From Desulfosoma sp. (GTDB lineage Bacteria; Desulfobacterota; Syntrophobacteria; Syntrophobacterales; DSM-9756), in the NCBI GenBank assembly GCA_037481835.1, contig JBBFKW010000014.1:1-64000 (forward strand): a stretch of DNA of 64,000 bases. The letters run 5' to 3'. The position numbers were made by a program, and so were the translations under genes. The notes beneath the pieces are model-generated. The model searched no databases. It was given only the letters and a program-made list of their open reading frames with translations, and was not told where the DNA came from. The first letter of the stretch is position 1. Every line of letters begins with the position of its first letter. Positions 58,726 to 64,000 of this stretch are shown piece by piece.

Positions 58726-59439
58726 ATGAACGGTTCTCCAAACGGGCGGTCTTCCGGCGACAAAGTGGAATGCCTTCGTCACGGGCTCCTCTTTGAAAAC
58801 CTGAGCGCCGAGCAGTTAAAAAAGCTTTCGGCCATCGCCGTCGAGCGTTCCTATCGCAAAGGGGACGTCCTTTTCGCCGAAGGCAAGAAGGCTGACGGCT
58901 TTTTTGTCGTCTGCAGCGGCCGCGTCAAGGTGTTCAAGGTTTCGTTCGACGGTCGCGAACAGATCCTCCACCTTTTCGATGCCGGCAACATCCTGGGCGA
59001 AGTCCCCGTGTTTGCCGGCGGGGCCTATCCCGCCCACGCCGAGGCGCTTACCGACGCGCGGGCCCTGTTCATCCCGAGGGAAGGCTTCATCCGCCTCATC
59101 CAGGAGGAAAGCGGTTTGGCCCTGGCCATGCTCGCCGTGCTTTCCCGAAAGCTCCGCCATTTCACCCATCTGGTGGAAAGCCTTTCCCTGAAGGAGGTTC
59201 CCGGTCGGCTTGCCTCTTATCTGCTGGTCATGTGCGAACGGGGCGGATCGGAAGACGCCGTGGACCTGGAGATTTCCAAAACCCAGTTGGCGGCCCTGCT
59301 CGGCACCATCCCCGAAACCCTCTCCCGCATCTTTTCCAAAATGACCGCCGCGGGCCTCATCGCCATGCAGGGGCGGACCATCCTCATCAAAAATCGAGAA
59401 GGCCTTAGAGCGCTGGCCCAGGGAGAAAAGCTCGCCTGA
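58726..59439 (+). CDS. Crp/Fnr family transcriptional regulator
   Basis: cNMP-binding fold (G.VKVFK..GREQI) and HTH GTIPETLSR. Confidence 0.93.
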   Translation: MNGSPNGRSSGDKVECLRHGLLFENLSAEQLKKLSAIAVERSYRKGDVLFAEGKKADGFFVVCSGRVKVFKVSFDGREQILHLFDAGNILGEVPVFAGGAYPAHAEALTDARALFIPREGFIRLIQEESGLALAMLAVLSRKLRHFTHLVESLSLKEVPGRLASYLLVMCERGGSEDAVDLEISKTQLAALLGTIPETLSRIFSKMTAAGLIAMQGRTILIKNREGLRALAQGEKLA

Positions 59440-59572
59440 AGGATCCCCCGGGGACTCCGTCGTGACTCCCCTGCGGATCGAACCGCCCTGGGCGCGAAAA
59501 CGGCCGTTTGGCTCGGGACATCCCCCCGCGTTTTTCAGCCAAAGGATCTCCCGGCGCAGTCCACGAGGGCCT

Positions 59573-60577
59573 TCAGGAGCCTTGTCGAGCGTTGGAAGGC
59601 GATCGGCTTTTTACTGGGGCTGTCTTGGCCGCCACGCGCACCTGCGGATGGCCGAGGCAGTAGCCCACGAGCCCGCCGACGATGAGCGCCAATCCCCACC
59701 AGCCCCACATTTTGGGCCATGCGCCGTGGAGAAAGACAATCTCCCCGAGAAGGGAAAAGACGACTTCCCCCGCTTGGGTGGCATCCACGGCGGCGACGGC
59801 CACAGGGGCATGGGAGGCGTTTCGGGCTTTGTAGAAAAGGGAAGTGGCCACCACCCCCGAAGACAAGGCGACCAAACCGGTTTGAAACCATTGGGACGCC
59901 GGCGGAGGGTCCGGTCGGACCGTGGCCCACAGGATGATCCAAAAGGGGATGGAGCCCAGGGTCATGAGCAGAACACAGGTGGGGGCGTCCTGCAGATGCC
60001 GGCTCGAGACACCGGGGATTCGCCCGGAACCGCCGTGACGGGCCGTATGGAGCATCTGGTTTCCCGTGGGATAGGCAAAGGCGGCGAGAAGAACGAAAAG
60101 AGCGCCGAGGAGCGCGTCTCTCACATCGGGGGTGTGGGCGGCCTGTTCCGCATGGACGAGAAGAATCCCCACGAAAATGACGGCCGTAAACAGCACGCCG
60201 AAGTAAGGGACACGGCGGTTGAAAGCCCACAAAACGATGGGAGTGGCCAGGATGGTGATTTGCCACGTGGCTGCGACGATCCAGCCGGGAGCGTGGTCGG
60301 CGGCGAAACACAGGGCGGCGTAAAACACCCCGAAGCCCACGGATCCGGCCGTGATCCAGAAGAATGCGTTTGAACGAAAGACGGCGAAGACTTCGGCGAG
60401 ATATTTCCATCCATGGCGGATAAGGATCCAAAGGACGAGGATCCACAGCATGTGGACGTAGCGCAAGAAAGCCGACCACATCCAATGGCCGCCGGAAAGA
60501 CTCATGGCTCGATTCAGGATGAATGTGGCGCTGAAAAAGGCCGATGCGGCCAGCCCCAACAAAACCAGACGAACCAT
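59573..60577 (-). CDS. DMT superfamily membrane protein (YjlA-like)
   Basis: FFSATFILNR, GGHW.WS, VAATWQ.TI, ATQAGEV; multi-TM. Confidence 0.8.
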   Translation of the reverse strand: MVRLVLLGLAASAFFSATFILNRAMSLSGGHWMWSAFLRYVHMLWILVLWILIRHGWKYLAEVFAVFRSNAFFWITAGSVGFGVFYAALCFAADHAPGWIVAATWQITILATPIVLWAFNRRVPYFGVLFTAVIFVGILLVHAEQAAHTPDVRDALLGALFVLLAAFAYPTGNQMLHTARHGGSGRIPGVSSRHLQDAPTCVLLMTLGSIPFWIILWATVRPDPPPASQWFQTGLVALSSGVVATSLFYKARNASHAPVAVAAVDATQAGEVVFSLLGEIVFLHGAWPKMWGWWGLALIVGGLVGYCLGHPQVRVAAKTAPVKSRSPSNARQGS

Positions 60578-60826
60578 CGCACGCCCTCCTTCAGGGGAAA
60601 CATTCATGGGACGGATTCATATCAGGCCGTTGACGGCACAGAATATTTGGCATGGAAGGTCTGCTGTGGTAAAGGGAAATGGCTCCGCAAGATGCTCAGG
60701 CTCCCTCCCCGTTTCCTTTTCCCATCCTTTTCGCCCGTTCCCGCGGATGCGCATGCCGTGCCGGATCTCTTGGGGGCTTTAGGTGCCGTGTGTGGGTAAA
60801 GCGCGACTCGAACAAAGGAGGATCGG

Positions 60827-61927
60827 ATGGACAGAAGGTCTTTCATGAAGAAGGTGGGACTGGGGACGGCAGCCGCTGCGGCCGCAACGACGGTCAACGC
60901 CCCATACGTGTGGCCGAAGGGGGAAACCTACCAATGGCGCATGGTGACCACATGGCCTCCCCAGATGCCCGTGCTTCAAACCGGAGCGGAACGGTTCGCC
61001 AAGCGCGTGGAAGAGGCCACCGAAGGGCGCCTCAAGATCCAGGTTTACGCCGGCGGCGAATTGGTTCCGCCCTTGGGGACTTTCGACGCCGTTTCCCAAG
61101 GCACCGTGGAATGCGGCAGCGGCGCCTCCTACTACTGGGCGGGCAAGACCCCGGCGGCCCAGTGGTTTTCCGCGGTTCCCTTCGGATTCAACCCCCAGGG
61201 AATCAACGCCTGGTTTTATTCCGGAGGGGGACTCAAGCTGTGGGAAGAAGTCTACGCGCCTTTCAACGTCATTCCCAGGCCGCAGGGCAACACGGGCGTC
61301 CAGATGGGCGGCTGGTTCAACAAGAAAATCGAAACCATCGACGACTTCAAAGGCCTGAAGATGCGGATCCCGGGTTTGGGCGGCAAGGTGGTGGCCAAAG
61401 CCGGGGGAACCGTGGTGCTTTTGGCCGGCGGCGAGATCTACACGTCGCTGGAACGCGGCGTCATCGACGCGACGGAATGGGTCGGGCCGTTGCACGACCT
61501 GCGCATGGGCTTCTATCAAGCCGCCAAGTACTATTACTATCCAGGCTGGCATGAACCGGGGACGACCCTGGAAGTCATTTTCAACAAGAAAGCCTACGAA
61601 TCCCTTCCCAAGGACCTGCAGGCGATCCTGGACGCCGTGGCCATGGAGACGAACCTGTGGAGCTTGTGCGAATTTGAAGCGCAAAACGGCGCGGCGTTGG
61701 AAACTCTGGTGAAGGATCACAAGGTGCAGCTGGTGCGTTTTCCCGATTCGGTCCTGGATGCCCTGCGCAAACTGTCCGAAGAAACCATCGAGGAAGAAGC
61801 GAACAAGGATCCCATGGCCCGGAAGGTTCACGACGCGTTCAAAGCCTTCAAAGCGAAGCTCGGCCCGTGGGGCACCATTTCGGAAAAGGCCTACTACGAC
61901 CTCATCGCCGCCAAGATCGGTGCCTAA
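60827..61927 (+). CDS. TRAP transporter solute-binding protein (DctP/TakP-like, Tat signal)
   Basis: RRSFMK Tat motif; KMRIPGLGG, DATEWVGP..D, YYPGWHEPG. Confidence 0.93.
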   Translation: MDRRSFMKKVGLGTAAAAAATTVNAPYVWPKGETYQWRMVTTWPPQMPVLQTGAERFAKRVEEATEGRLKIQVYAGGELVPPLGTFDAVSQGTVECGSGASYYWAGKTPAAQWFSAVPFGFNPQGINAWFYSGGGLKLWEEVYAPFNVIPRPQGNTGVQMGGWFNKKIETIDDFKGLKMRIPGLGGKVVAKAGGTVVLLAGGEIYTSLERGVIDATEWVGPLHDLRMGFYQAAKYYYYPGWHEPGTTLEVIFNKKAYESLPKDLQAILDAVAMETNLWSLCEFEAQNGAALETLVKDHKVQLVRFPDSVLDALRKLSEETIEEEANKDPMARKVHDAFKAFKAKLGPWGTISEKAYYDLIAAKIGA

Positions 61928-61949
61928 CGATCGGATCGGCAAAGAACGG

Positions 61950-61982
61950 AAAACGAGCCTGCATGCGGCGGGCTCGTTTTTT
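61950..61982. terminator. Probable bidirectional intrinsic terminator
   Basis: AAAACGAGCC...GGCTCGTTTTTT between the convergent TRAP genes. Confidence 0.7.
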
Positions 61983-63298
61983 CAGCGAAGAAGCTTGTGC
62001 GGAAGCCACGTGGCCAAGGGGGGATAGAGAACGACGGTGAGCAGCCCCAGGAGTTGCAAGATGACGAAAGCGATGATGCCCCGGTAGATGTGCCCCGTGG
62101 TGATTTCCGGGGGCGCCACCCCCTTGAGGTAAAACAGCGAAAAGCCGAAAGGCGGCGTCATGAAGGACGTCTGTAGGTTGACGGCAAAGAGGATGGCGAA
62201 CCACAGGGGATCGAAACCCAGTTCTTTCATGATGGGCGCCAGAACCGGAATGTGGATGAAGGTGATTTCGATGAAATCCAAGAAAAATCCGATGACGAAA
62301 ACGATGCTCATGCAGATGAACAGCACACCCCATTTTCCATAAGGGATGTGGGTGAGGATGTTGCGCACCCAGTGGTCCCCTCCGAGCCCCCGGAACACCA
62401 ATCCAAAAGCCCCGGCCCCGACGAGGATGATGAACACCATGCAGGTGAGCCGCGTTGTGGTCTGCATGACCTGAAGGACCACATCCCAGGTGAGCCTCCT
62501 GTTAAAGGCGGCGAGCACCATGGCGCCCGTCGCCCCCACGGCGGCGGCTTCCGTAGGGGACGCGATCCCCGCGAAGATGGATCCGAGAACACTCACCATG
62601 AGCACCAGAGGCGGGACGAGGGCCCGCATCAAACGCCTGGAAAGCCCCGAACCGACGATTTCCCGCCATTCTTCGATGGGAATGAGAGGCGCCCAGGCGG
62701 GTTTGAGGCGCGCGACAATCATGATGTAGATGATGTAAAAGACCACGAGCACCAAGCCGGGAATAACCGCGCCGACGAAGAGATCTCCTACGGAGACGCC
62801 GATGATATCGCCCAACAAAACGAGGACAATGCTCGGCGGGATGATCTGCCCCAGGGTTCCGGAAGCGGAAATGGTTCCCGTGGCCAGTTCCGGCTGGTAG
62901 CCTCGGCGCAGCATGGTGGGAAGGCTCAACAGCCCCATGGTCACCACTGTGGCCCCGACGATGCCCGTGGACGCCCCGAGCAGAGCGCCCACGACCACCA
63001 CGGAAACGGCCAAGCCGCCTCGAAGACGGCCGAAAAGGAGCGCCATGGTCTCCAAGAGTTCTTCGGCGATTCCCGAGCGTTCCAGCATGACGCCCATGAA
63101 GACGAACAAGGGCACCGCCAGGAGCGTAAAGTTGGTGATCACACCCCAGATGCGCAGCGGCAAAAGATTGAAGAAATTCCAGCCGAAACCGTAAAGGCCG
63201 AAAAAGAGCGCCGTTCCCAAGAGGGTGAAGGCGACGGGAAAACCGAACATGAGAAGAATGGTGAGCGCAAGGAACATGAGTCCCGGCAAGGATTCCAT
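61982..63298 (-). CDS. TRAP transporter large permease (DctM)
   Basis: LAVPLFVFMG, GTLGQIIPPS, TPPFG. Confidence 0.94.
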   Translation of the reverse strand: MESLPGLMFLALTILLMFGFPVAFTLLGTALFFGLYGFGWNFFNLLPLRIWGVITNFTLLAVPLFVFMGVMLERSGIAEELLETMALLFGRLRGGLAVSVVVVGALLGASTGIVGATVVTMGLLSLPTMLRRGYQPELATGTISASGTLGQIIPPSIVLVLLGDIIGVSVGDLFVGAVIPGLVLVVFYIIYIMIVARLKPAWAPLIPIEEWREIVGSGLSRRLMRALVPPLVLMVSVLGSIFAGIASPTEAAAVGATGAMVLAAFNRRLTWDVVLQVMQTTTRLTCMVFIILVGAGAFGLVFRGLGGDHWVRNILTHIPYGKWGVLFICMSIVFVIGFFLDFIEITFIHIPVLAPIMKELGFDPLWFAILFAVNLQTSFMTPPFGFSLFYLKGVAPPEITTGHIYRGIIAFVILQLLGLLTVVLYPPLATWLPHKLLR

Positions 63299-63840
63299 CA
63301 GTGCCCCCCTTTCTCGGCTTGATCACGATCTGGAGATTTTCCCATGAGGACCATCAGGTTCCGGAGAGTCATGGGAATCCCTTGGATGGCCACCAGGGTG
63401 AATCCCAAGGGGATCATGGCCTTGATAACGTAGCGCGCCGGAAGACCTCCAGGGTCCGGTGAGCCCTCGTTGACGGCCCAGGAGGCGGCGACGAATTTCC
63501 ACGAGGTGGCGATGATGAGGTAGCAGCCGGGGAAGAGAAACAGGAGGCACCCAAGGAAATTGATCCAGGCCTGGGATTTGGGGGACAGGCGCTGATAGAA
63601 TACGTCCACCCGCACATGGGCGTCGTAAAGGAGCGTGTAGCCCGCGCCGATGAGAAACAGGAGGCCGAAAAGGTGCCATTCCAGTTCCTGGACGAACACG
63701 AATGTGGTCTTGAACAGGTAGCGCATGATGACGTCCACCGTCACCACCACGACCATGAGCAGCGCCACGTAGGAAACGCCGCGGCCCACGGCCCGGTTGA
63801 CGGCGTCCAGGCGGTTGCACAGCCTTTCGAGCTTTTCCAT
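63298..63840 (-). CDS. TRAP transporter small permease (DctQ)
   Basis: 4 TM segments; QELEWHLF, HVRVDVFY, S.DPGGLP. Confidence 0.92.
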   Translation of the reverse strand: MEKLERLCNRLDAVNRAVGRGVSYVALLMVVVVTVDVIMRYLFKTTFVFVQELEWHLFGLLFLIGAGYTLLYDAHVRVDVFYQRLSPKSQAWINFLGCLLFLFPGCYLIIATSWKFVAASWAVNEGSPDPGGLPARYVIKAMIPLGFTLVAIQGIPMTLRNLMVLMGKSPDRDQAEKGGH

Positions 63841-64000
63841 AGGGGATGTTTTCCTCCTTGCCGAAAGAGGGGTGACACTCACCAGGCCAAAGCGCACGAT
63901 GGAAACACGGCGGCGCGGTGGCCTCGAGGATCGGCCGCGGCCACCCACACCCCGTCCCGTTCCCGAGAGACGGCGCAGATGAAACCCAAACTCCAAGGCG

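Noticed and set aside
60647..60664. TTGGCATGG..TGC as a sigma-54 promoter for the TRAP gene
   Set aside because: GG-to-GC spacing is 12 nt rather than the required 10.

Overview
A GC-rich bacterial chromosomal window, probably from a thermophilic Desulfobacterota (Syntrophobacteraceae-like); the taxon is inferred from gene content only. The first ~16 kb is a type III-A CRISPR-Cas defence island. It holds the distal part of a CRISPR array (13 copies of a 36-bp repeat), a glycine-zipper lipoprotein, and a CARF-adenosine deaminase effector (Cad1/CAAD type) followed by a decayed Nudix partner. It also holds a cas6-cas10-csm2-3-4-5 operon on the minus strand, a second CARF protein (APE2256 clade) with an unrecognised C-terminal domain, a decayed second copy of the deaminase gene beside a 120-bp MITE, and a coiled-coil/PD-(D/E)XK protein. 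No cas1/cas2 lies in the window. The rest is mostly housekeeping: ABC-2 exporter, amtB-glnK, the rimP-nusA-infB-rbfA-truB-rpsO-pnp operon, tRNA-Gly, archease-rtcB, an atypical Gre factor, a complex I (nuo) operon led by a NuoEF fusion, signalling genes, DMT transporters and a TRAP system. The best novelty candidates are the CARF plus unknown-domain protein and the effector composition and decay history of the island.
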